Positions 1 to 12,662 of a stretch of DNA of 64,000 nt are shown piece by piece. Every line of letters begins with the position of its first letter. Position 1 is the first letter of the stretch. A model generated the notes under the pieces. The model ran no database searches. It was given only the letters and a program-made list of their open reading frames with translations, and was not told the DNA's origin. This stretch comes from Octopus vulgaris. Lineage: Eukaryota. The position numbers and the translations under genes were made by a program. The stretch is from NCBI GenBank assembly GCA_951406725.2, contig OX597822.1:97154001-97218000 (forward strand), in the 5' to 3' direction.

Positions 1-230
1 GAGGGGATCTGATGTTGAAAGACCTAAAACCTCACTGATACACCAGAAACATCACAAATGATACATTCCATAGCATCTGAGAGCTTATATCTTGAAACTA
101 AAATTAAGAGTGACTAGTGGAAGAATAAAAGGGTAGACTAAAATGTATGCATGTATATAGCAGCACCATCCCAGTACTTAAATGCCATGGAGGGCTGTGT
201 AGACAACCAGCTATTTATGAGAGCTTAAGT

Positions 231-613
231 GGTTGGAAGCACTCCGTTGGTTACGACGATGAGGGTTCCGGTTGATCCGAATCAACGGAACAGCCTGCTC
301 GTGAAATTAACGTGTAAGTAGCTGAGCACTCCACAGATACGTGCACTCTTAATGTAGTTCACGGGGATATTCAGCATGACACAGAGAGTGACAAGGCCGG
401 CCCCTTGAAATACAGGTACAACAGAAACAGGAAGTAAAAGTGAGAGAAAGTTGTGGTGAAAGAGTACAGCAGGGATCACCACCATCCCCTGCTGGAGCCT
501 CGTGGAGCTTTTAGGTGTTTTCGCTCAATAAACACAACGCCCGGTCTGGGAATCGAAACCTCGATCCTACGACCGCGAGTCCGCTGCCCTAACCACTGGG
601 CCATTGCACCTCC
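231..613 (-). mobile_element. SINE family A (about 380 bp, tRNA-derived head)
   Basis: A/B-box-like head (TGGCCCAGTGGTTAGG ... GTTTCGATTCC) on the minus strand. TSD GAGAGCTTAAGT at 219-230 and 614-625. Six copies in the window. Confidence 0.9.
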
Positions 614-994
614 GAGAGCTTAAGTATTAACTAACTAAAAAAAAAAAAGGATTTAAGCTTCAAAAACCTCTCACGACTTTTTCATATTCTGGAATTAGAA
701 AACTTTTTTTTTTTTCTCTATACAGGACCTTAAGTATATTTGAAAGTGCAACTGGAAAAAGTAGGTGAGAATAGATGTTGACAGGACTGTGACACCAGTC
801 TTTGGTGATACAATAGTGGAAACACCAACAATAATGATGGTTTCTAAAAGTGCTACAAGTTGTTGATTGAACTGAGCCTTAGTACATTATTGCTACTTAT
901 ATTATCATCCCTGATGGGGTAGATGAACTTGGAATACAAAGAGACATCACAAATTGTTTTATCTGGCACCTGACCAATTCTACCCATATGGTAG

Positions 995-1377
995 TGGAAG
1001 CACTCCGTCGGTTACGATGACGAGGGTTCCGGTTGATCTGAATCAACGGAACAGCCTGCTCGTGAAATTAACGTGTAAGTGGCTGAGCACTCCGCAGACA
1101 CGTGTACCCTTAACGTAGTTCTCGGGGATATTCAGTGTGACACAGAGAGTGACAAGGCCGGCCCTTTGAAATACAGGTACAACAGAAACAGGAAGTAAGA
1201 GTGAGAGAAAGTTGTGGTGAAAGAGTACAGCAGGGATCACCACCATCCCCTGCAGGAGCCTCGTGGAGCTTTAGGTGTTTTCGCTCAATAAACACTCACA
1301 ACGCCCGGTCTGGGAATCGAAACCACGATCCTATGACCGCGAGTCCACTGCCCTAACCACTGGGCCATTGCACCTCC
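995..1377 (-). mobile_element. SINE family A
   Basis: Near-identical to 231-613. TSD CCATATGGTAG at 984-994 and 1378-1388. Confidence 0.9.
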
Positions 1378-2025
1378 CCATATGGTAGATGTAAAGTGGC
1401 AAGGTGGTAGAATTGACACACTGTGCAAAATGCATAAATTCTGAGTTCAAATTCCAATGAGATTAGCTTTGCCTTTCATAAGTATCAGTTGATACCACTA
1501 TAGCTAGAGAGGCAGTCTAAACATTTTGTTACTGTATTTCTGTTGAAATACCCAGCCTTCATATCAATTAATTTTGAAGGAAATAAATGAATATCGTAAA
1601 TAACTGTCATTGTTAAGCTGGTATTTAGAACATAAATTAACAAGAAGTTTTGTTGGAAACTTTGAATTTAGACAATTTTAAAACAGGAAATTCTGTACCA
1701 TAAAATGAGAGGGTGATCTTGGGTGGGCTGATATCAAAAGGGTTACTCTTCAGTAATGTACAGAGACAGAAGTCAATTATATATACTCTTTAGCACACAA
1801 TTCCTCCAAGAAGAGAAAATTTTAAACTTTTTCTTTCAGTACTCTCACGTAATTGAAACTTAGAGGGCCTTGGAAAAATTCCAGTCAATCTATTTCTGTT
1901 AATGCAATATAAAGGACGGATCTAAATATTTGGTGAAGCAACTTGTAGATCTTACATGGAAGTTATGCCAATGTCTCAAGAGCCATAGAACTATTTCCCA
2001 CAAGTCAAGTCAAATTTGATAGTCA

Positions 2026-2448
2026 GGCAGAGGGCAGTGAGCTAGCAGAATCATTAGCACATTGGGCAAAATGTTTAGTGATATTTCATCCATCTTTATG
2101 GTCTGGGTTAAAATTCCACTGAAGTTGATTTGCCCTTTCATCCTTTCGGGATTGATAAAATAAATATCTGTTGAGTACTGGAGTTGATGTAATCAACTAA
2201 ACCCCTCTCCCAAAATTGCTGGCCTTGTGCCAAAACTTGAAACCAATATTTGGTAGATGTAAAGTGGCAAGGTGGCAGAATTGGCACACCGTGCAAAATG
2301 CATAAATTGTGTCTGCTTTTCTGTTCTGAGTTCAAATTCCACTGAGGTTAGCTTTGCCCTTCATTCTTTCATAATTATCAGTTGAACATGGGTCAACTTA
2401 TACCCCACTGAAATTTCTGGCCTTGTGCCAAAATTTTAGAATCCATAT
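2026..2448 (+). mobile_element. Two degenerate SINE family D copies in tandem
   Basis: Diverged matches to the GGCAGAA..GAGTTCAAATTCC..GCCTTTCATCCTTTCGGG block. Confidence 0.65.
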
Positions 2449-4430
2449 TTGGTAGTTGGTCATGTTTCAACAGAAACACTTTAACCCTTTAGCGTTTAAA
2501 CTGGCTATATCCGGCCAAAATATTTTACCTGTTTAATGACCAAACTGGCCAACCCTAACAAATCATGCTAAAAATTAGGTTATCTCTTCAAAATCTCAAA
2601 GCTACAACATAATTGCATGACTAGCAATGCATCCCGGCGTTGCCAAGGTGTTATGACCTACAGCTAGCCAGATTGTATTATTTGTTCCTTTCTTATTGGC
2701 AGAACTGGCACAGCTGATTTTACAGCGAACTGGATTACTAGTGCAATAAAAGTTATTGTTTGTTTGAAAGTGGAGGGGGGAGGGGGGGCAGGTACAATTT
2801 GCATGGGTTTGCATGAAAGTGCTTTTTTCTTCTTAAGAAGGATCACAAACTATGTATGGTTTCATCATATAAAAGTGGGTTAATACGATTTAACCCAGAA
2901 ACCACGTTTTCAAAATTTTTATTTCCCCCTGACTCCACTGCAATTTCTTAATTTGTAACTTTTTCAATTTTTTTTTTATCCATATACAAAAATACAGAGA
3001 TTACAAATCTGGGAAATATGTTTTTTTTTTTTCAAGTTTAATTTTTCTTAAAGAAACACTTCCCCCACCTTGCCCACCCCATCACCAATCTACTTTCAAA
3101 AAGTTAAAACCTCCCAATGTTTCACACATGCATAGAATTGTACTCAGAAAATCCAACATGCTAGAAACAACAGGTAAACAACATTATTTCTGAAGAAATT
3201 TCCCTGCTTTCTGAAAAGCTAAAAGTGAAACGTTGGGAGTTTGTAGCTTTTTGAAAGCGGTGAGATGGTAGGTGGATGTTTGGGAAGGAGATTTTAGTGT
3301 TTCTTTAAGAAAAAAAGAAGAAAATTCTTAAAGATTCATCTGCTTTTTACTCAGTGGATTACCAAGAAAATAGGTAAAGAAAAAAGTAAAGATGAAGAAA
3401 TTGGGATGAGGAGGGAGAAAATTAAAATACCGAGAACGTGCTTTTTGAGCAAAATCATAATCTCCTGTATTGAAAACATAGGAATCAGAAAGAATTTAGG
3501 AAAAAAAATCAGGTGGAGGCACAAATGTCACCTTGGACATGCTAGAAACAGGTAGAGAACAAGATTTCTGGGAAAACTTCCTTTTAACTTTATACTGAAG
3601 ATCAGGTTTTTAAATACACTCATCACAAACACAAATTACAGAATAGGAAAAGGTATTTTCAATTGGATTTGAGTTGTAATTTTGTGTGTACACAGCAAGA
3701 AATAATTTGTACAGAAGTTTTACCTAGAAAAAGAGAGAGAAAGAGTGTGTGTGTGTGTGCGCGCGCACGCCAAAGGAAGTTATTTTATGGCATTCTTTCA
3801 TTTGAAACAGCAAAGTTGTCAACTCAATCATATGGCTGTTCATTAATTTCTGTAAGATTTAAAAAAATTTCTTTATGCATTGAAGAGAGCAGGAATTGAA
3901 AGAGAAGAGAAAGTGAAAAGGCAACATTTGCTTTGAAGTGAAAGGAGAAAGCAAAAGATATATGTACATGCATATGAAATGGACATATGTGTGAGGAGAG
4001 AGAGAAAGTGAGTGAAGATGTGTGTATTTTTTTTGCATGTATGACAAAGTGGCACTCGCTCTCTCTCACACACAAGCACACATACATAAAATACATATGC
4101 ATACATCTTTTTTGTATGTATATGTGCATGTGAGAGAGAGAAAGAGTGAGTGACTGTATTTCCTTATAGCATATAGAGAAATGGATGTCTTTTAGTGAAA
4201 TCTTTTTGGTTGTGGCTTATTTTAATTCAATATGTGTACATTTTTATAGATATTTCTCTAAGTAGAAATCTATTCATGCATAAAATATTGGACAAAAGTG
4301 AAACATTAGAAGCAAATTGAAATATTGCCTGAAGCTGACCTCAAAATTGTGTGACTTGACCTCATTTCCAAAGTTATTTTAGTAGGAAAAGAGAGTTGTG
4401 CCAAAAACAGTTTATTTGGCAGCCTTTATA

Positions 4431-5468
4431 TTGGGTCATCCCATGAATGTGTTTTTTTAATACCTCTTTTATTTTTCAAAATTAATATAAACAAAGTTCT
4501 TTTTTAATCTAAAATATACTCTCCATTTTCTACAATGCTCTTCCATCTATCTGGTAGACTTGCAAGGCCCCTCTCTCAAAATTCACTTGTCCATGACAAA
4601 AAATACTCCTCCACTACTGTTCTGACACTGTCTACAGAATTCATATTTTTCTGTCCAAATGATTTTGAAAGCTGCAGAATAAATGATAATCAGATGGGGA
4701 AGTGTCAGGCGAATATGGTGGGTGGGGTATCGTTTCCCATTCAAACTGCTCCAGCCTTTGAAATGTTGTCCTCACTTTATGTGGCTGAGCATTATCCTGA
4801 TGGAAGAACACCTTTCGTCTTTAAAGGAAAGATGACTGCTGACTTGAATGACTGGTTGAATGACCAAATCCAAGCTTCTCTGCTATTCTTCGACAGATTT
4901 TGTTGCACCAGGGTTTGCAGGATGCCATCGTCAAACTTTACAGACTTTCCAGGATGAGGTTCATCTTCTAGGCTGTAGTTTCCAGTTCAGAATTTCTGGC
5001 ACCACAATTGAGACTGGCTTACACATATTGTTTGATCCCCATATACTGCATTAATATTCCTCGCACTTTCTGTTGTACTGTTGCCTTTATCGAACTCATA
5101 AAGCAAAATATGCCAATATGCTCCTTTGTCACTTTCATTGGCGTTAGGAAGGGCATCCAGCTGTAGAAACACTGCCAGATCTGACTGGCCTGGTGCAGCC
5201 TTCGGGCTCCCCAGACCCCAGTTGAACCGTCCAACCCATGCTAGCATGGAAAGCGGACGTTAAATGATGATGATGATGATTATAGCTTCGAAAAAAATAA
5301 ATCAAAATCGAACTGCACTCTTCAAAACTTGCAATAAGAATAAAGACAAGGTAAAACTACTACTTGTTCTTATAGCAAGTTAATGCAGGTAGTTTATACT
5401 GCCCACCCCACCTGACTTTTAGTTCATGCAACTGAAAAAAAAAACACATTACTTATGGGATGACCCAA
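4431..5468 (-). mobile_element. Internally deleted mariner (DD34D-type) transposon with pseudogenised transposase
   Basis: TIRs TTGGGTCATCCCAT / ATGGGATGACCCAA flanked by TA. Minus-strand remnants include HILLYEFDKGNSTTESARNINAVYG (HTH), HQDNAQPH, HPPYSPDTSPSDYHLF and LPDRWKSIVENGEYILD, with internal stops. Confidence 0.92.
5138..5280 (+). mobile_element. SINE-like family B 3' fragment inside the mariner
   Basis: GGCGTTAGGAAGGGCATCCAGCTGTAGAAAC core and (GAT)n tail. Confidence 0.88.
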
Positions 5469-6127
5469 TATATAGACAAGCTGCTTTCTTTATTGTATGT
5501 AGTACAGATGTGACTAATTCAGAGAAACATTCATTATTCACACACAATCACTCTCATAATGCAACACTTGGTAATTTTGGTCCAAACTGATTGTTTGAAC
5601 CAAAAATAGTATGAAACTATTTTCACTTTCTAATGAAACCTGGTCATTGTAGAGCAGTGTCTTTCAAATAACTAAAGCTGGTTGTTAAGGTAACATAGAA
5701 AATATGTGAACGAAAATAAAGTTTATTTGGTAGCAGGAAGACTACCAAATAAACTTTTGATACCCATATATGTCAAAATCAACAACTTAGTTTTTGAATT
5801 CATAAGGAACACACACACACACACACACACACAAATTCTCTTTTATATACATAGATTAATATAAAACAGTGAGAATACATAAGCATTACTTTTGACAGAA
5901 TAATATGAATGGTAAAGGATTAAATATAGTTCTAACACATGCACACACTATTATTTTGTAGAACCACCCTGCAATAATTCAATTACTGACAAATATTACC
6001 CTCACAAAAATGGTTCCTAGGAAATATAGAAAAATATTTGGTAGAACAATTGCAGCGTAGAAGGTGTTTGTAAGCCATTTAAGAAACAAACAAAAGCCGT
6101 TCGATTCACTTCAACATTTAAGTTTAA

Positions 6128-6175
6128 TTTGTCAAAATATTTTCGTCGCTAAAATCCGCGACCTGTTCACTGACA
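6128..6175 (-). ncRNA. Minimal hammerhead-like motif, G3-C8 variant (mirror copy with perfect helix II)
   Basis: Minus strand reads TGTCA-GTGAACA-G-GTCGC-ggatttta-GCGAC-GAAA-ATAT-T-T-TGACA. Confidence 0.55.
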
Positions 6176-6190
6176 GATGCAGCACAGATT

Positions 6191-6240
6191 TTTGTCAGTG
6201 AACAGGTCGCGGATTTTAGCAACGAAAATATTTTGACAAA
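6191..6240 (+). ncRNA. Minimal type I hammerhead-ribozyme-like motif, G3-C8 core variant
   Basis: TTTGTCA-GTGAACA-G-GTCGC-ggatttta-GCAAC-GAAA-ATAT-T-T-TGACAAA. Helix I is 7 bp and helix III is palindromic. Confidence 0.55.
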
Positions 6241-6559
6241 TTAAACTTAAATGTTGAAGTGAATCGAACGGCTTTTGTGTGTTTCTTAAACGGCTTACAA
6301 ACACCTTCCACGCTGCAATTGTTTTTGTTTCAGCACACGATCTCAGATCAAATCACTTGCTATGCGAGTACATCTCCGTAATATTTGGTAGAAGTAATAT
6401 AGGAATGAACAAAGATATGCAGATCCTAGATATTTTGTCTTTTTCAATGAAAAAAATCTCAAACAAGTGAGAAGCCACTCAGTGTAAGGGATTATGAAGG
6501 AGAAATTAAGAGGAAAGGAATAAATTTAATTTAGATTTGAAAGAGTTGCAGTCATAAGG

Positions 6560-7010
6560 AGGAGGAGGAACACAATGAGATGGAAAGAAGTTCCAAAGAC
6601 TGGCAGTTCGAGGAAAAAAGCTATGATCGTAGAAAACTTCCTTATTTGTGGAAGCACTACTGAATTTGGATGAAGATGCTGAGTTTCAAGATGGAACTAA
6701 GAGAAGTTCATCAGAGCAATTCCTGTGCAATAATGATAGAAAAGATTAAGACTGGCAGCTTCATGTTGATGTGACAAGGGTTGTAGAATTGAAGCAAGAG
6801 AGGGACCAATCAAATTAGAGACTCACTTCTGAACCCAGTCAGGGAAATCCAAGAGACAAGATAATGGACCTGCCCAAACGAGAACTGCATTCCATACAAG
6901 ACAAATTGTGGACTTCTGCAAATACAAAATGGAGGGATACAAAACTATGATAGAGGGGCAAGGAGCAGGTGACTTGCTGAAGAGGTGAATATATGGCTTA
7001 ACCACCTGGG
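6560..7010 (-). mobile_element. Decayed LINE (CR1/Jockey-like) ORF2 3' fragment
   Basis: Minus-strand remnant LYLQKSTICLVWNAVLVWAG..LLDFPDWVQK resembles the post-RT LYKSxIRPxMEYxxxVW..LDRVQK block. Confidence 0.55.
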
Positions 7011-7844
7011 AAAGAGAGACGGGGGGGAGAAAGCCATGTGAGATCCAGGTACAAGGTGCATACAAAACAGAATAGGATAAAAGAGCAGAAAAGGTGTGTG
7101 TGTGTGTGTATGAGCCCTTGTTTCGACAAACTTGACAACACCACATGCTGTTTATAAATAAGCATCACCATCATACAAGTGATGTTGTTTGTTTCATGAC
7201 TTCCACGATGTCTGGTCATGAGGAAATATTACCTTATTTGGAAACAGGAGAAGACTTGACTATGGGAAGGCCATCCAACTATAGAGAATTTGTTTCAATG
7301 AATTCTAAGAGACCCATGCAAGCATGGAAAAGAGGACATTAAAATAATGGTGGTGATGACGAATGAATTGGAGCAACATGAAGTGCCTTGTCCAAAGACA
7401 ACACAACCTCTGGAAAATCAAGTCCATGATCTGACAGCCAAGATGTCAAACCACAAGGTTATAAGTATCCTAGATGAAGTATTTAGTCAAATGTCTGTCT
7501 ACATCTGCATGGCTCTGTTTCCAAAGGCTGTGGTTTGATGAAACTTATCAACTCAACCTTTAGTAAGGCCCAAGATTCAGATACACAGAACTGAAATAAT
7601 ATTGCTATATCTATAACCCTTCTCAATAATATTAGTGATAGAAGTGAAATGGCTTCAACTAAAAAATGAATTACAGAAATTAACTCTCGAAGTTAACCTT
7701 GCTGTACACTAACTATTAACCTTAATCTTACTGTATGTCAAGTGTGTAAGGTAAAAAGAAAATACTAAGATTTACTTTATAAAGTAAAAAATAGTTTTGC
7801 TTAGAAGGCATCAAAATGATTTCTAATTCTGTACACTTCCTACT

Positions 7845-8071
7845 TTAACCCTTTAGTGTTCAGATTATTCAATCAAACATAATGCTTACTGATTCACATT
7901 GATTTGAATTAATCATGAATTATCTCATATCTTCAAGATCTTGATAGTGTAATTACTTAATGTAGAATAACATTGTAGGGTAGGTGCGAGGGCCTGGATC
8001 TGGTCAGTTTGAACATAAAACAGATTAACTATTTTGGTCGGATATGGCCGGTTTAAATACTAAAGGGTTAA
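7845..8071. mobile_element. piggyBac-like MITE
   Basis: TTAA-CCCTTTAGT ... ACTAAAGGG-TTAA. Near-identical copy at 28277. Confidence 0.85.
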
Positions 8072-11000
8072 GCAAACAAGGAATATTAAAACTGTAATTA
8101 TTCTGTCTGACAAAATATTTTAGATATTGTACCAAATGAAAACTGCAAAAGGACTGGATAGGTTTGTATTTCAGCATCACAATCTTATAATCTTATCTCC
8201 ATTAAATTCAAGGCTCTCAAGTTTGTTCTGATAGCATTTTAACAGTTTTTGTCTACTGTAGGTATCTTTTAAAGCTAACTTATAATAAACTAACCCCAGT
8301 TTGCTTGCATCATCTATTTATATTCAAACCTATGCAGTTACCTCACCCATAAACATCAGCCAAGACTTAACATCCAGTTATATCTTCAAGACAGGTGTAT
8401 ATCACAATCAGATCGTGTTCACCTGTCTCAGTAATTACTTCAAATCCTCTATATCCACAGAATCAAGTCTAAGTCAGCAGAACACAAGCTAACATTGATT
8501 TTTTCATTATCTTCAGTCATTTTACCCTGTTCAAACCATAAGAATGGAAAAAATAGCATTAAGAGACTATCATGAGGTAGCTTGGTAATTAGCAGCTTAC
8601 TGTATATTTTAAGATAATATACATGTGGTCCTTAAACTTACATAGTGGTGAATTCCTGTTGGTATATTTAAGGGCCTTGATATCTCTGTTCTAGTGATTC
8701 CACAAGAGAAAAACTATCTTCCTCATTTATAAATCTTTCAACTAAGTCCTCTTATAGAATAAATCTTTCATATATAATAATGTTAGAATATGATAAAATT
8801 CTAGGCCTTATGACACCATGATCAATCAAATAGGGATTTTTCTATAACCAAAACAACAGAATTCTGGTTTACACTGAACAGAGATTATTAGATTTCTGAG
8901 TTTAAACTTGTCCAACTTGGTTTTTGTCACATAATCCATCAAATATTTGTAGATAGTGAAGCACAGGTAATAAACTGATAGCCCAAGAGCACCAATATCA
9001 CAAACTGCAAAAAATAGAGGCCAAATCTCCTTCAATTAACCCTACCATCTTAAAAGATAAAGGAAAAGCATTGATTCATTATGCCTAGACATAAAAAAAA
9101 AAAAATGGTCATGATTTTTCTACTCTAGGCACAAGGCCCGAAACTTTGAGGGCGAGGCCAGTCGATTAGATCGACCCCAGTATGCAACTGGTACTTAATT
9201 TATCAACCTTGAAAGGATGAAAGGCAAATGGTCATGACTGAAATGTTTTTGATAGGTCATTTCAAACAGAGAACTTAGGGCTAAACAACCTCATTTGTTA
9301 CTTATCCAGATCAGAAAACCCAAATACTCCATATCAAACATAGCTAAAGACAATATGCTCAATATGTTTTTTTTTATGATATCTGTGTACTCTCATTTTG
9401 AGTGCATTTATAGTATCACCAACACTAGTGTGATTGCTATGTACTCTGAAAATTTCAGTGTTCCTACCAATCTGTGAAGTGTATATTCTCTTATGGCGAC
9501 ACATCTGAGGAGAGAGAGCTAAGGAGTTGACGATCACACCCTTGTTCTTGCTCAATCACGTCACCCTAAGTAATAAAACACTTTACTACAGAATAGTAGG
9601 GATTCAAATCATCAGGGTACTCTGCAACATCATAGTTGAACTATAAATCCACTCAGAATGTTCTATATACTGGCTGGTGAGAGAGTAGAGACATAGGATC
9701 AAGAGAAGCCTTTAGCCTTGTTGAGGACATGGCCACTTTTCCCAAGCTAGCATCACAATAGAACACACAGTATACTTTGTAAAGTGATGGATGTTAGGAA
9801 GGCTATCCATTAGGCCATAGGAAAATAAGCATGAAGTGAAATACAATCTACTGATCAGTCTGAGCAGTGCCACCAAAATAACTGCTGACTCTGGAAACCA
9901 GTCCAACCCAGGCCAGCATGGAAAGCAGATGTAAAACACAGATATTGATATTCAACATATTTTATAACACAGCATCACTTTTCCCTCTTGACAAATATTT
10001 CTGAATATTTACCATCCCAAACTAGTATGACCTTTTCAAAATCTTAACTCCCAAAAGTCCATCACATTACATAACACAAAAGAGATCATCAATTATGCTA
10101 CTGTAGCTTTCTCCAGCTATTCCATAGCCTGTTGCCTATTAGCAAGATCCAATCGACAGCAAGTCTGTTCTAGTGTTATATAAACAGCAACAGTTTCCCT
10201 AGTGAACAGAGATAGCAGTAATACTATAGTTGTTGTTCCTTTTCTTGTCACACCCACCTTACTTCAATGAAATATTACCAACTAAATATCAATAAATTAG
10301 CTGATAATTTTACCTGGAAAAAGGGTTCAGTTGACTGCAATAACTTTGTGGTACTGATACTGTTTACACTAACAGTCAAAATACTAAAACAAATTAAAAA
10401 TTGAAGTCCAGCTATCTGTATTACAGTTGATGTCATTTAATAAACAGGCGAATAATGTAAGAGAAGAAAGTAAAGACCATATTCACTTCGATCTGCATTG
10501 CTTTTCTAAAAATTTCAATCAACTGATCTTATGAGAGTTATGTCCCTTGTATGTCATTTAAATTGAATCTAATGGTATAAATCCAAAAAGTCTAGACCAT
10601 GTTGTCATAAAGGCAAGAAACTAGTCCATGTCCCACTTTAAACAGCCAAAGGATGTTAAAATTGAGAATTTATTTTGTCTATAATGCAATATATTTAGAT
10701 ATTATGCTTAATGAAACATGACCTTATACAAACTTCATTGAAAAGAGACCTGAAGACTTGATGGGCTCGTATGTCACTATTCCAATTGTATCAGCACCTT
10801 AAGGCTCTTGGGTCTCCTCTGAAAATGGTTTTGTTTGGTCTACAACACATATCTTACAATGTCAACTTGTAACAACCAGCATAGCTGTTTTAGCAGCATG
10901 GTTGTGTGGTTGAATGTTTGCTTCTTCCAAACCACGTAGCTTCAAGCTCAGTCCTGCTGCGTGGCACTTGGGTGTTTTCTACTGTAGCTATGAGTTGACT

Positions 11001-11353
11001 GAAGACTTGAGTGAATTTCATTGATAGAAACTGAAAGAAGCCTATTATGTGAGTGTGTGTGTGTTTGTGTCTTCTGATCTTGTCATACAAACAGTATAAT
11101 TTATTTCCAATATTCTGTGAAAATACATCTCGCCATGAGGAAATATTAACTTGCTTGGATATAAGTGAGGGTTGGCAACAGGAAGGGTATTTGGTCACAG
11201 AAAATCTGTCTCAATAAACTCCATATGACCCAAACAGGCATGGAAAAACAGAGGTAAAACAAATATGACAATGATATATTTTTTATTCTATATCAGAAGT
11301 TATAGAGAGATTCAAGAGTTGAAAGATTCAACGCACAGGTATTTGGTAAGTAC

Positions 11354-11580
11354 GGCGAGCTGGCAGAAACGTTAGCATGCCGGTCGAAATGCTTAGCGGT
11401 ATTTCGTCTGCCGTTACGTTGTGAGTTCAAATTCCGCCAAGGTCAACTTTGCCTTTCATCCTTTCGGGGTCGATAAATTAAGCACCAGTTACGCACTGGG
11501 GTCGATGTAATCGACTTAATACCTATGTCTGTCCTTGTTTGTCCCCTCTATGTTTAGCCCCTTGTGGGTAATAAAGAAAT
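11354..11580 (+). mobile_element. SINE family D (about 230 bp, tRNA-like head)
   Basis: GGCGAGCTGGCAGAA..GAGTTCAAATTCC head. TSD AGGTATTTGGTAAGTAC at 11337-11353 and 11581-11597. Confidence 0.9.
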
Positions 11581-11652
11581 AGGTATTTGGTAAGTACCAG
11601 TGTACAAAACTCTCAACCCTTCAGTTACTCTATGTAAAAATACATATGTATA

Positions 11653-12186
11653 CAGGGTGTCCCCCCGCAAAATTGACATCATTTGAAATGTGAATATCTG
11701 AATAACTACATGTCCTAGGTAAACAAAATCAAATAGGTTTCATGTTGAACAATAAAAGATTTATTTATCAAAATCCAAACAAAAGATTCTGAGATATGTA
11801 GATTCTATAACTGATTCTACAAAGCTTCACAAATGTTCAATAATGTACACCACCAGTGACATTTGACACTTGTCAAATCAGTAGTCCAGCACCTGATAAA
11901 CATGCTGTAGCATGACTTGCATAACATTCTCCAGCACCTCAGTGACTCTCTGCTCAAGTTCTTCCAGTCTTGTAAGAAGAGCAGGGGATATAGACCAGTC
12001 CTTTCGCACAGCCCCACAGAGAAAAACCACAAAATATTTTAACAGTATTGTCACTATCACTGGCATATCCAAACCAAACTTAGTTTTTACACATTTTGTT
12101 ACAATTTGAGATCATTTGAGCAAGAATTTGCTATGTTATTAGACTCCAAAATTATGTCAATTTTGGGGGGGACACCCCATACCCTG
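11653..12186 (-). mobile_element. Deleted Tc1/mariner-superfamily element (CAGGGTGTCC TIRs)
   Basis: TA-CAGGGTGTCCCCCCGCAAAATTGACAT and its inverse at 12154-12186. The minus-strand remnant FLCGAVRKD..TRLEELEQRVTEVLENV..MLQHVYQ resembles transposase C-termini (FFLWGYxKD..TLEELxQRI). Confidence 0.75.
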
Positions 12187-12228
12187 TACTCATGCTTTGA
12201 GTTCCATTTCCATGTTTGTAATGTTAAA

Positions 12229-12294
<66 letters not shown>

Positions 12295-12662
12295 TATATA
12301 CACACACATACTGCACATGGGGGAGGGACTTCCATAAGAGATAAGATAATTGGTTAAATTAGCTTCCTCTCAGTAACTTACAAGTACTTAACACTAAACA
12401 TGATGAAAACTGATCCTAACATGAAAAAAAAAAAAAGACACTCAATTACTCAGCTATGAAACTAAAATTTTCTATCCTAGGCAACACAAAATACAAATTA
12501 GTGGAGAATGTTATAATTAATTCTAACCCTGGTACTAGAATAGTACCTATTTTATAAACCTGATAAGGATAAAAGGAAAAAAAAAAAACAAACCTTCCTT
12601 GAGATTTGAACAGTGCATAAATAAGCAAGACATTTTATCTGGCGTCACCCACTGCTTTAAAT

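Larger units (their letters stand above)
2621..5855 (-). mobile_element. Non-autonomous Helitron (about 3.2 kb including nested insertions)
   Basis: Minus-strand 5' end TCTATGTATATAAAAG. 3' end CCTTGGCAACGCCGGG hairpin followed by CTAG. Inserted at A^T with no TSD. Confidence 0.8.
2481..5923. mobile_element. piggyBac-like MITE (TTAA/CCCTTTAG family) split by a Helitron
   Basis: Left part 2481-2620 (TTAACCCTTTAG...) and right part 5856-5923 (...TAAAGGATTAA) rejoin as GCATGA|TTAAT, as in the copies at 17363 and 39816. Confidence 0.8.
6047..6379. mobile_element. Palindromic Penelope/retrozyme-like element
   Basis: 131-bp inverted arms at 6045-6175 and 6193-6323 with a 17-nt spacer. 14-bp TSD AATATTTGGTAGAA at 6033-6046 and 6380-6393. 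Second copy at 18851. Each arm has a hammerhead-like fold. Confidence 0.75.

Noticed and set aside
282-485. Recurrent 67-aa ORF MVVIPAVLFHH... (six copies)
   Set aside because: It is an incidental frame inside SINE family A.
4535-4957. 140-aa plus-strand ORF
   Set aside because: It is the antisense frame of the mariner transposase remnant.
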